From: Octopus sinensis
Taxonomy: Eukaryota
Reading direction: 5' to 3'
Length of the DNA stretch: 64,000 nt
NCBI RefSeq assembly: GCF_006345805.1
Contig: NC_043024.1
Span: 7,502,001-7,566,000, forward strand
In this document: piece after piece, positions 36,921 to 49,112 of the stretch
How positions within the stretch are numbered: the first letter of the stretch is position 1
Layout of the letters: each line of letters begins with the position of its first letter
Notes under the pieces: generated by a model
The model's database searches: none
Told to the model about the DNA's origin: nothing
What the model saw: only the letters and a program-made list of their open reading frames with translations
Translations under genes and position numbers: made by a program

Positions 36921-37831
36921 AAAAAAAAAATCGCCAATGGTCGCCTCAGCTTGTCTTTAGATCATATCAGCCGGGTAATGAGGGCCTATGAATTGTACAA
37001 GCCTTATTGGGCTAAAAATAAATTTTGCACAGGCATTGCTTTGTTAGTGATGGTCATACTTTTTAAGAGTCGACAGCCATCACACACACACACACGAGTT
37101 GACCATGGCAGAATTTGAACTCAGAATATGATGGATCTGAAGAAATACTGCAAAACATTTTCAAGGTCCTAACAATTCTGCCAGATTGCTAAATAATACT
37201 CTTTTACTTGTTTCAGTCATTTGACTGCGGCCATGCTGGAGCACCACCTTTTAGTTGAGCAAATCGACCCCAGGACTTATTCTTTGGCAGCCTAGTACTT
37301 ATTCTATCGGTCTCTTTTGCCGAACTGCTAAGTTACGGGATTGTAAACACACAAGCATCGGTTGTCAAGTAATGTTGGGGGACAAACACAGATACACACA
37401 CATACATATATATATATATATGCATATATACAATGGGCTTCTTTCAGATTCCATCTACCAAATCTACTCACAAGGCTTTGGTCAGCCCGAGGCTATAGTA
37501 GAAGACACTTGCCGAAGGTGCCACACAGTGAGACTGAACCTGGAACCATGTGGTTCGTATGCAAGCTACTTACCACACAGTCACTCCTACGCATATATAT
37601 ATATATATACACATATAGATATATACATATACATATATACCACAAGATGTATACCACAAGAAATCTCCCCTCCCACCCCACCGCTCAGCCACTCACCTCT
37701 GCAGCAGTTCTGTCAATCTCCAGAAGGTAAAGTGGTGTAAGAAAGGCTGTTTGGCATTTTGTCTGACGCACTAACAATTCTGTCAGCTTATCTCATTAAA
37801 AGGGCTGAATAATAATAAAAACCACCAAATA

Positions 37832-38259
37832 GGATCTTTTCGGGTTGACCAGCAGTTTTTTAAAAATAATTTCCATGTAACTAAAAAATTTTAAACTTCG
37901 TATACTGGTAGAATGTGTTTATAAAACATCTTTTTCTCTTGGCTTTATTGAGAAAATTCTATAGTTTGTAAGATATTTGTTGTTTTTTTCCTTCAATTTC
38001 TGCAATTTCAACCAATCAATGACGTCTATTGAGGTGAAAACATTCTGTGCTATATGAATATGTCCCTCGTTTAAGAAACAGATTGGGTTTATTTACATTT
38101 GTGAAGAAAAAAAGATACTCTTCCCCCCACCCCGAACTCTAACTAACCCTAACCCTAAAACAGATTGAAATGCAATAGATCGATACTAGGGATATAATTA
38201 TGGGTGACAATTTCATATGACATCACTAGAAAAAACTGCTGTTCAAACTGAAAAGATCC
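37832..38259. mobile_element. Complete MITE copy (same family)
   Basis: Both TIRs present, internal CCCTAA repeats. Confidence 0.85.
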
Positions 38260-39129
38260 CCAGAAGGTAAATAGGTGTAAGAAAGACTGTTTGGCATTTT
38301 GTCTGACGCACTAACAATTCTGTCAGCTTATCTCCTTATAAGGGCTGAATAATAACAATAAAGAAATCCACCAAATATTTTACAAAAATAACTCAAGCCA
38401 GACCATTTATATCCTAGCCTCTATCACAAACACAAACACTCTGATGGAATAATTATATTTTTGTTTCAATGATAATGATAAGCACCCACCTGGGATAAAG
38501 GTCTACCTGTCTGTCTACAAATAATTAGTTGACCTTCGACCCCTCACCTCGCCGCCACCACCACAAACACCTGACATCTGTTGTTTCTGCTGCTGCACAC
38601 TTCCTGTCACAGGAAGGAACAGGTGTGAGTGCAGGTATGGTGGTGGTGGTGGCAGGGGGTGGCATTTACCTGAATAATTTCGTTAGCAGATGACACCATT
38701 CAGCATATATATATACACACACACACTCAAGGCTGTGTGTTGGCAGAACCGTTAGCAAGCCGAGCCAAATGTAAGCGGCATTTCGTTCACCTTCGTTTAA
38801 AATGTTACATTCTGGGCTCAAATTCCGCCGAGGTCGACTTTGCCTTTCATCCTTTCGGGGTTGATTAAATAAGTACCAGTTACGCACTGGTGTCGATGTA
38901 ATCAACTTAATTCGTTTGGTGTCCTTGTTTGTCCCCTCTATGTTTAGCCCCTTGTGGGTAGTAAAGAAATAGGTATTTCGTCTGCCATTACGTTCTGAGT
39001 TCAAATTCCGCCGAGGTCGACTTTGCCTTTCATCCTTTCGGGGTCGATGTAATCGACTTAATCCGTTTGTTTGTCCTTGTTTGCTGGAAATGAAGATCTC
39101 CAGGTCCAAATTCTTGGATGGCTGTTGTT

Positions 39130-40288
39130 GCTAATGTTTGTTTGTTTGTTGAGTGAAGCAGTCTTCGTCCCAGTGTAGTGGGAGAAGTCCGAAACGTGGT
39201 CCTTTGCTATTCGTAAGACCTGCAGAAGAGAAAGCAGGTCAACCCTCCTGACACCGAGAGCATCGACGGATGGATGAATGCGCATCCAGGCTCAGCGGTT
39301 GCGTAGGAAGTCGGGGACAAGAAACAGGAAGAAAGAGTGAAAGAAAGTTGGAGCGAAAGAGTACAACAGGGTTCGCCACCATCCCCTGCTGGAGCCTCGT
39401 GGAGCTTTAGGTGTTTTTGCTCAATAAACACACACAACGCCCGGTCTGGGAATCGAAACCGCGATCCTCCGACCACGAGTCCGCTGCCCTAACCATTGGG
39501 CCATTGCGCCTCCACTTGATGTTGGAGCGAAAGAGTACAACAGGGGTCGTCACCACCCCCTGCCGGAGCCTCGTGGAGCTTTAGGTGTTTTCGCTCAATA
39601 AACACACACAACGCCCGGTCTGGGAATCGAAACCGCAATCCTCCGACCGCGAGTCTGCTGCCCTAACCATTGGGCCATTGCACCTCCACTTGATGTTGGA
39701 GCGAAAGAGTACAACAGGGGTCGCCAACACCCCCTGCCGGAGCCTCGTGGAGCTTTAGGTGTTTTCGCTCAATAAACACACACAACACCCGGTCTGGGAA
39801 TCGAAACCGCGATCCTCCGACCGCGAGTCCGCTGTCGTAACCATTGGGCCATTGCGCCTCCACTTGATGTTGGAGCGAAAGAGTACAACAGGGGTCGTCA
39901 CCACCCCCTGCCGGAGCCTCGTGGAGCTTTAGGTGTTTTCGCTCAATAAACACACACAACACCCAGTCTGGGAATCGAAACCGTGATCCTCCGACCGCGA
40001 GTCCGCTGTCGTAACCATTGGGCCATTGCGCCTCCACTTGATGTTGGAGCGAAAGAGTACAACAGGGGTCGTCACCACCCCCTGCCGGAGCCTCGTGGAG
40101 CTTTAGGTGTTTTCGCTCAATAAACACACACAACGCCCGGTCTGGGAATCGAAACCGCGATCCTCCGACTGCGAGTCCGCTGCCCTAACCATTGGGCCAT
40201 TGCGCCTCAACACCCGGCCTGGGAATCGAAACCACGATCCTCCGACCACGAGTTCGCTGCCCTAACCATTGGGCCATTGCTCCTCCAC
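39130..40288 (-). repeat. Tandem array of 5 x 174-bp SINE B head units ending in one full tail
   Basis: GTTGGAGCGAAAGAG anchors at 39347, 39521, 39695, 39869 and 40043. The tail runs to (CAAA)n at about 39130. Confidence 0.9.
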
Positions 40289-40827
40289 TGGCTGTTGCTG
40301 CTGATGGTGGTGGTGGTCATGGTTGTGTTCTTAGTATTATCCTCACTAATATAGTAATGATGGGGGGAAAAACCCATCCAAAAAAAACACATTAATACAA
40401 TAGAGCTGAGAGAGGAGAGAACAGGATGTGGTTGTTGTTGTTGTTGTTGCTAAGATGTGACAGTGAGGTGGTGGTGGTGGTGGTGGTGGTGGTGGTGGAA
40501 TTGAAAAATTACCAAGCCAAATATAAATAGCATTACTGATAAGGTTAGTCTTGTATTAGTGGGTTTGCATATCTCACACACACACACACACACACACAAG
40601 CATGCACGTAGACAAGGATGTACATGTGCGCATGCAAACAGATGTATACAGACATGTGTATAGGATTATACGTGTAAAAGCACCAAAAGCTTTAATATAT
40701 TTTGTGTGTGGACAGCATGTGCCCAATATTTGTGCTATATTTTTATTCCTGACTTGTGGATTCTTGGACAGTTACATATGTGTGTGTGTGTGTGTATGTA
40801 TGTATGTAGTATGTATATATATATATT

Positions 40828-41060
40828 TGGGCTGGACACGTCGCCCGGCTCACCGATAATCGGTGGACGCACGCAGTTGTCGAGTGGTACCCGCGTGAGC
40901 GGAAAAGACCACCCGGAAGACCTCCACGACGGAGGAGTGATGATTTCAAGAGGACGATTGGGATCACGTGGATGAGAAAGGCGCGATCCAGAGAGGAGTG
41001 AACAGCGTGCTGTGACCAGCGGTGTCAAATGGACACCTGACGGACTGGTCGGTCAAAGTG
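40828..41060 (+). mobile_element. CpG-rich RTE LINE 3' end inserted in (TA)n
   Basis: WAGHVARLTDNRWTHAVVEWYPRERKRPPGRPPRRRSDDFKRTIGITWMRKARSREE then stop. Confidence 0.85.
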
Positions 41061-41253
41061 ATATATATATATACATATATATATACATACAACTTATAAA
41101 TGAGGGCTAAAGAAAATTATATCAATGCCAATATACTGATAACAGTCTTTTAAATCGTCAATTTCTACATATTATTTACCTGCTACAGAAAAAGACACTA
41201 AGAACTGAAATCGGAGAAGCCGGCCGAGAGAATTTTTTAAAAAAGTTCGTTAT

Positions 41254-41313
41254 TTCTATATTGAATCAATTTCGGAATTAATCTCATAAAAGATTCTTTC
41301 CTCTTCAGTAGAA
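41254..41313 (-). ncRNA. Type I hammerhead ribozyme, canonical core, sense to host pre-mRNA
   Basis: TTCTA-CTGAAGA-GGAA/AG/AATC-loop8-GATT/AA/TTCC-GAAA-TTG-ATT-CAA-TA-TAGAA. Stem I 5 bp, stem II 4+4 bp, stem III 4 bp, AUA cleavage triplet. Confidence 0.75.
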
Positions 41314-43495
41314 CATATGAAAGGATATAAATAAGATACTTACAAGCACCCATGGAAAAAAGCCGAAGCAAAAATCACGAGTACATATAAGTACCCCAGA
41401 TATATCTAAATATAAAATTCTTTGGTCAGCCTCAGCACGTGTTGACTGTTCTCCACTACAGGTTATACATATATATTTATATATACAGGCTATTGCCTGT
41501 ACAGGTGGCACGTAAAAAGCACCATCCAAATGTGGCTGATGCCAGCGCCACCTTGACTGGCTTCCGTGCCGGTGGCACGTAAAAAGCACCAACCGATCGT
41601 GGCTTCCCATGGCACCTGTGCTGGTGGCATGTAAAAAACACCCACTACACTCACGGAGTGATTGGCGTTAGGATGGGTATCCATCTGTAGAAACACTGAC
41701 AGGTCAGACTGGAGCCTGGTGCAGCCTCCTGGCTTCCCAGAGCCCGGTTGAACCGTCCAACCCATGCTAGCACGAAAACGGACGTTAAACGATGATGATG
41801 ATGATATATAATAGTTATCGCCATACTAATATGGCATTCTTATAAAAATAAGAAAAAAGCTGTCCGCTTATTAGCTCCATGAGGCCATCGCCTTAAGTTA
41901 GCTATTTGATACACAAACTGTATCCATATAACCTTCGAACAAGGGAGGTCAGTCGCTCCACACTACTTGACCGGCAGCTACAGACGCGTTTCGGAGTATT
42001 GCCCCTTTTCAATGCAGCGATGATGATATATATAAATGTATATATATATACATACCCTCTCTCTGTTTCGGAGAGGCACTGAGCGGCTATACGCGCACAT
42101 ACACACACAGCAGTAACTTCCACCTACTGAATTCCATCACAAAGCTTCGGTCGACTCGGGGCTATAGCGGAAGACACTTGCCCAAAGTGTCACGCAGTGG
42201 GACTGAACCCGAAACCATGTAGCTAGGAAGCAAGCTCCCTAACCACACAGCCATATATATATATATACATGTACATGTATATATATATGTATATATATAT
42301 ATACTCTTTTACTCTTTTACTCTTTTACTTGTTTCAGTCATTTGACTGCGGCCATGCTGGAGCACCGCCTTTAGTCGAGCAAATCGACCCCGGGACTTAT
42401 TCTTTGTAAGCCCAGTACTTATTCTATCGGTCTCTTTTGCTGAACCGCTAAGTGACGGGGACGTAAACACACCAGCATCGGTTGTCAAGCGATTTGGGGG
42501 GGACAAACACAGACACACAAACACACATATACACACATATATATATATATATATATACGACGGGCTTCTTTCAGTTTCCGTCTACCAAATCCACTCACAA
42601 GGCATTGGTCGGCCCGGGGCTGTAGCAGAAGACACTTGCCCAAGATGCCACGCAGTGAGACTGAACCCAGAACATAATAGTAGGGAATATAATTGCAAAC
42701 TTAATTTAATGTTTATTTAATTTAATTTATTGATTTTTTTAATAATATTTATTATAGTATATTAAAATTTTTCTGTATGATATAGATAAAGTCTTTGAGA
42801 TGGCTGCACCAGGCTCCAATCTGATCTGGCAGAGTTTCTACAGCTGGATGCCATTACTAATGCAAACCACTCCGAGAGTGTAGTGGGTGCTTTTACATGC
42901 CACCGGCAAGGGGGCCAATCAGGCGGTACTGGCGATGGCCATGCTCAAATGGTGTTTTTTATGAGCCACCTGCACAGTAGCCAGTCCAGCAGCACTGGCA
43001 ATGACCTCGCTCGAACGTTGAGGCAAAGAAAAAAGAAATACTTTTATACAAGTAAATCTTGTTTTTTTTTCTCATGAATAAAAACCAGCAGAGGGTGATG
43101 GGAAGGGTGGCAAACATTTTTTTACAGAAATGTTTATTTTGGAGTGGCTTAATGGTGAGGAAGAATAGATTTTGTGAGAGAATCACTTCACTAAAGTTGC
43201 AGTATAGAAAAGGAAATAGAACATCATGATTTCATAAGTTCGTGTGTGTGTGTGTGTTGTGTGTGTGTGTGTGTGTAACACTTTTACTCTTTTACTTGTT
43301 TCAGTCATTTGACTGCGGCCATGCTGGAGCACTGCTTTTAGTCAAATCAGATCGTCCCCAGGACGTAATCTTTGTAAGCCTGGTACTTATTCTACGGTCT
43401 CTTTTTTGCTGAACCGCTATGTTATGGGGATGTAAACACACCGGCATCGGCTGTCAAGCAATGTTGATGGGACAAACACAGACACACAAACATAT

Positions 43496-43543
<48 letters not shown>

Positions 43544-43779
43544 TATATTATACATATATATATGAAAGGCTTCTTTCAGTTTCCATCTACTAAATCCACT
43601 CACAAGGCTTTGGTTGGTCTGAGGCTATAGTAGAAGACACTTGCCAAGGTGCCACACAGTGAGACTGAACCCGGAACCATGTGGTTGGTAAGCAAGCTGC
43701 TTACCACACAGCCACTCCTGCGCCTATGCATATCTTTCATCTTGTGTGTGCCTATGATCATGTCTGTTGAGGACCTGTG

Positions 43780-44330
43780 TGTGTGTGTGTGTGTGTGTGT
43801 GCTATTTTGTGTTGTAATATGTGAGCATATGTGTGTTCCTGAGTGTGTGTGAATGTGTGTGTGTGTGTGTGTGTGGTGTGTGTGTATGTGTGTGGAGGTG
43901 TGTGTGGATTGTGTGTATGTGTGTGTGTGTAATGTGTGTGTGTATGTGTGTGGGATGTGTGTGTATTTATGTGTGTATGTGTGTGTATGTATTTTGTATT
44001 GTGTGTGGATGTGTGTGTATGTATGTGTGTGTGTATGTGTGTGTGTATGTATGTGTATGTGTGTGTGTGTATGTGTGTGTGTGTGTGTATGTATGTGTGT
44101 GTATGTGTGGTGTATGTGTGTGTTGTATGTGTGTATGTGTGTATGTATGTGGGTGTTGTGGTGTGTGTATGTGTGGTGTGTATGTGTGTGTATGTATGTG
44201 TGTGTGTATGTGGTGGTGTATGTATGTGTATGTGTGGTGTGTGTATGTGTGTTTGTATGTTGTGTGTGTTGTGTGTGTATGTGTGTGTATGGTGTTGTGT
44301 GTGAGAGAGAGAGAGAGATGTGTGTGAGTG
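43780..44330. repeat. Long degenerate (TG)n/(TGTA)n microsatellite
   Basis: Direct reading. Confidence 0.95.
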
Positions 44331-45881
44331 TGAAGTGGATATTTATGCATGTGATGGGAAATACCGTAAACATTAATAAAAAAAACAAACATTAAATCAT
44401 GATGATAATGATGATAATGGTTAATGATGATGACAACGAGGCTATCGTTCGATTTTGCTTCAAACCCCCACCCACCTCTCCTTCGAGATTTACGCTTGGT
44501 CGAGAAGAACGGGAAAAGAAACAACAGCAACAAATAATAAAAACAGGTTTGCGGCAGGCTGAGGCTTGCAGTGTTAGAAACCAACTGTCTCGACAACCTG
44601 CCTGCTTGTCTGTCTGTTTGTCCGCCTATGACAACAAGGATTATTGAGATCAAGTAGGTTGAGACGAGGATATAAAATCAAGAAGATGGATCAGTAGAGG
44701 TCTTGCCAACGACAGACTCTGCTCCATAGAAACAGGATGTTGAAACTACAATGGTATTTTCCCACTCATCGGCGATTGATAACGCAGCTTATATGTCTGT
44801 TTGGCATAGGGGGCCCTCTTCCAAAAAGCAGGATCTATGGGACGTGGGACATGTTTTGTCATCAGACTGTGCTACAGTAACCAAAAAAAAAAGAGAAAAA
44901 AAATCAAGGTAAAAAATCATAGGCGTAGGAGTGGCTGTGTGGTAAGTACCTTGCTTACCAACCACATGGTTCCGGGTTCAGTCCCACTGCGTGGCACCTT
45001 GGGCAAATGTCTTCTACTATAGCCTCTGGCCGACCAAAGCCTTGTGAGTAGATTTGCTAGACGGAAACTGAAAGAAGCCCGTTGTATATATGTATATATA
45101 TATTTATATATGCATGTGTGTGTGTATGTTTGTGTGTCTGTGTTTGTCCCTCCCACCAACATCACCATCGCTTGAAAAAAAAGTCAAGATAGAAAATACT
45201 AAATTATCATCATCATCATCATTTAGCGTCCGTTTTCCATGCTAGCATGGGTTGGACGGTTCTACTGGGGTCTGTGAAGCCAGAAGGCTTCATCAGGCCC
45301 AGTCAAATCTGGCAGTGTTTCTACGGCTGGATGCCCTTCCTAACGCCAATGTTTATAAAAAACATTTCAGTACCATTTTCAGTCATTGAGACTTATTCAA
45401 CTGTAAGTAAGGAAAACAATTAAATTTTGGAAAAATTAAAAGAATATTTGTATAGTGTTCAAATACAAGTGGCATTTTCCTTGTTTCTGCCTGTCTGTCT
45501 CTCTTGCTTACTCTTGTGGGTTCAAGGTCGTTCATCATCATCATCATCATCGTTTAACATCCGCTTTCCATGCTAGCATGGGTTGGACGGTTCGACCAGG
45601 ATCTGGGAAGCCAGGAGGCTGCACCAGGCTCCAGTCTGATCTGGCAGTGTTTCTACGGCTGGATACCCTTCCTAACGCCAGCCGCTCAGAGAGTGTAGTG
45701 GGTGCTTTTTACATGCCACCGGCACAGGGGCCAGAGGAAGCTGGCAAACAGTCACGATTGGTTGGTGCTTTTACATGTTACCGACACGGATGCCAGTCAG
45801 GCGGTGCTGGCATCTGCCACATTCGGACAGTGCTTTTTACGTGTCACCGGAACGGGTATCTTAACTACAATTTCCATTTGT

Positions 45882-45943
<62 letters not shown>

Positions 45944-46071
45944 TATACATCTAATATAGGATAAAATTTTTCAAAATAAAATTTTATCAATGACCAGCAT
46001 ATTAAAAATACCTTTAAAGGTTAAATTTATAAACATCTTATAAACTTTTGCTCTTGTTTATAAGTTGTATG

Positions 46072-46104
<33 letters not shown>

Positions 46105-46144
46105 ATATATAGTGTGCAGTTCGACAAATTATATTTTATGACGT

Positions 46145-46220
46145 ACTCCACTGATGATCTGAAGATATTTATGTAAGTAAAATTACATAATTTATTAACA
46201 GTGAAACAATTGTATGGGGT
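46145..46220 (+). ncRNA. Type I hammerhead-like ribozyme
   Basis: ACTCCA-CTGATGA-T-CTG...CAG-T-GAAAC-AATT-GTA-TGGGGT. Stem I 6 bp, inner 8-bp helix TTATGTAA/TTACATAA, palindromic AATT loop. A U-U mismatch closes stem II. Confidence 0.65.
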
Positions 46221-47206
46221 TAATCTATATTTTTGTCATTTTTCATTTGTCCTGCTTGCTTACATTCTTTGTGTGCTAAAATTTTTCTTGAGAACAATTC
46301 TTAGTGGCTGAGTCCCTTTGCAGATCTATATCTAGCATAAGAGCGTCGACATAGTGGATTCACTCTCATATTTGTATATATATATACATATATGATGGGC
46401 TTCTTTCAGTTCCCATCCATCAAATCCATTCACAAGGCTTTGGTTGGCCAAGGGCTATAGTAGAAGACATGTACCACTTGCCCAAGGTGCTGCATGGTGG
46501 GACTGAACCCAAGACCACCTGATGGATGAAAGCATGGAGCCACAGCTTCACAATTCTACCCAAATTCTCTAGAAAATGTCTGGACCTGTTTGCTAGAAAA
46601 AACTCAGGAATCGTCCCATTTTCGACAGAAGAAAGTACAGAGAAAAATATATCTGTATACAAGTGCAACTTTTAAAATTCCTAGTTAAGCGCAGGAGTGG
46701 CTGTGTGGTAAGTAGCTTGCTAACCAACCACATGGTTCCGGGTTCAGTCCCACTGCGTGGCACCTTGGGCAAGTGTCTTCTACTATAGCCTCGGGCCGAC
46801 CAAAGCCTTGTGAGTGGATTTGGTAGACGGAAACTGAAAGAAGCCTGTCGTATATATGTATGTATATATATATATATATATGTGTCTGTTTGTATTTGTG
46901 TGTGTGTGTTTGTCCCCCTAGCATTGCTTGACAACCGATGCTGGTGTGTTTATGTCCCCGTTACTTAGCAGTTCGGCAAAAGAGACCGATAGAATAAGTA
47001 CTGGGCTTACAAAAAGAATATGTCCCGGGGTCAAGTTGCTCGATTAAAGGCGGTGCTCCAGCATGGCCGCAGTCAAATGACTGAAACAAGTAAAAGGGTA
47101 AAAGAGTAAGGAGAGTTCTCTCATCACCCTTTCAATCTCTGTCTGTCTGTCTCTCTCTTTCTCTCTTTCCTCTCATTTTGCGTCTTCTCCCTCTCCTTTT
47201 AATAAT

Positions 47207-47244
<38 letters not shown>

Positions 47245-47684
47245 CATATCTCTTTCTATTTCCTGGTTCCCTCCTCCCGCTCCTCGCATTTCTACTTTCC
47301 TGTCAACACTTGTTAGCGTTCATATCTATTTCCTGGTCTCTCTCTCTCTATATATATGTCTATCCACTACTACTCCCCCCATCCCCCTCTCTCTCTGCTC
47401 ATACACGTTTTCCTTATGATGTGTGCTGATAGCTATACAGGAATGTAAAAATGGTTCACGAAAGCCTGCTACAAGCCACCAAGTCATGCACAAACAACAT
47501 GCACACACATCTAAATGACCATTTTATATCTATCTATCTATCTACCTATCTATCTATCTATCTAGCAATCTATCTATCTATCTATCCCTCCATCTATCTA
47601 TCTATCTATCCCTCCATCTATCTATCTATCTATCCATCCATCCATCTATCATCAATCAATCTATCTATCAATCTTAGATAGATA

Positions 47685-48230
47685 TGTTTCTTTATTAGCC
47701 ATACAGAGGGGACAAATTACAAAGTAGAGCTTATCTTTTTGGGAAGAAATTAAGAAGTGGGGTAGGTTTTCGATCAAAAGGGATCGTAAAAACTAAAAAA
47801 GAAAAGAGAAAAAAGAAAAAAAACGATCAATAGGGATCGTGTATCACAGAAATGTCATGATGTAAAGTGTAGAGGGAGAAACAGATAGGGTTTATCCATG
47901 GAAAGAAAAGCCTACGGAAAAGACCACGGTAACCTCAGTCAATAATGTCACATGTTACCACATTTATTTGCAAGTAAATAACTCTCTGTTTTAAATTTTT
48001 CCAGGTTCATAGGATTATGCTCAAGGTGGCTTCGTCATTCATACGTGCCATCCTTGCTACATTCACCCATCTTTTTTTGAAACATTCACTAGACAACACT
48101 TGCCTCTCTTCTCTCACTTTCCTTTTCAAGTGATACTTGAAGTAGTTGATGAGAGATTGACCAGAGAAGAAAGTGTTTGTCTCTAATCCTTTCAGATGCG
48201 TCCACCAGATACATTCTTTCGCCATAGCCA
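47685..48230 (-). mobile_element. Probable Tx1/L1-like LINE 3' fragment
   Basis: AKECIWWTHLKGL...FKYHLKRKVREE...FKKRW resembles a Tx1 ORF2 C-terminus. Followed by a 3'UTR ending near AATAAAG. Confidence 0.5.
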
Positions 48231-48824
48231 CAAGTATGATGAAAATAGCTCTGTCAAACCGTCCAACCCATGTCAGCATGGAAAACAGGCATTAAATGAT
48301 GATGATGATGATAAATTCTGCAGGTGTAGAAAATCCGGGTATCACACCAGTATATTCAGTGTGTGGATCTTGTGAAAAGTTTTTTGAAGCACTCCGTCGG
48401 TTACGACGACGAGGGTTCCGGTTGATCCGATCAACGGAACAGCCTGTTCGTGAAATTAACGTGCATGTGGCTGAGCACTCCACAGACACGTGCACCCTTA
48501 ACGTAGTTCTCGAGGATATTCAGCGTGACACAGAGAGTAACAAGGCTGGCCCTTTGAAATACAGGCACAACAGAAACAGGAAGTAAGAGTGAAGAAAGTT
48601 GCGGTGAAAGAGTACAGCAGGGATCACCACCATCTCTGCCGGAGCCTCGTGGAGCTTTAGGTGTTTTCGCTCAATAAATACTCACAACGCCCTGTCTGGG
48701 AATCGAAATTGCGATCCTACGACCGCGAGTTCGCTGCCCTAACCACTGGGCCATTGCGCCGAAAAGTAAAATATAATCCAAATAAGATGACAAAGAAAGA
48801 GTTTAGCACATCTTTCATGACCAG

Positions 48825-49112
48825 CTACAATTGTTTCTGTACCCCATTGTTTTGACAATGTGGTACCACATTGTTTTTGACACCAGATACAATTGTCTCT
48901 GAACCACATTGTTTTGACAATGTTGTACCACATTGTTTTTGACACCAGATGCAATTGTCTCTGTACCACATTGTTTTGACAATGTTGTACCACATTGTTT
49001 TTGACACCAGATACAATTGTCTCTGTACCACATTGTTTTTGACACCAGATACAATTGTCTCTGTACCACATTGTTTTGACAATGTGATACCACATTGTTT
49101 TTGACACCAGTT
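48825..49112. repeat. 62-bp minisatellite built from GTACCACATTGTTTT(T)GACA subunits
   Basis: About 4.5 copies. Confidence 0.9.

Larger units (their letters stand above)
42303..47108. mobile_element. Family A SINE copies (42303-42670 -, 43275-43725 -, 44920-45170 +, 46688-47108 +)
   Basis: Consensus matches. Further copies at about 3285-3445(-), 5910-6265(-), 30280-30632(+), 37195-37590(-), 49873-50130(+), 50285-50700(-), 51670-52215(-), 57385-57780(-) and 59425-59585(-). Confidence 0.85.

Noticed and set aside
39347-40210. CRISPR-like array interpretation of the tandem repeats (also 33.6, 48.8 and 63.2 kb)
   Set aside because: There are no unique spacers, the units are long, the context is eukaryotic, and there are no cas genes.
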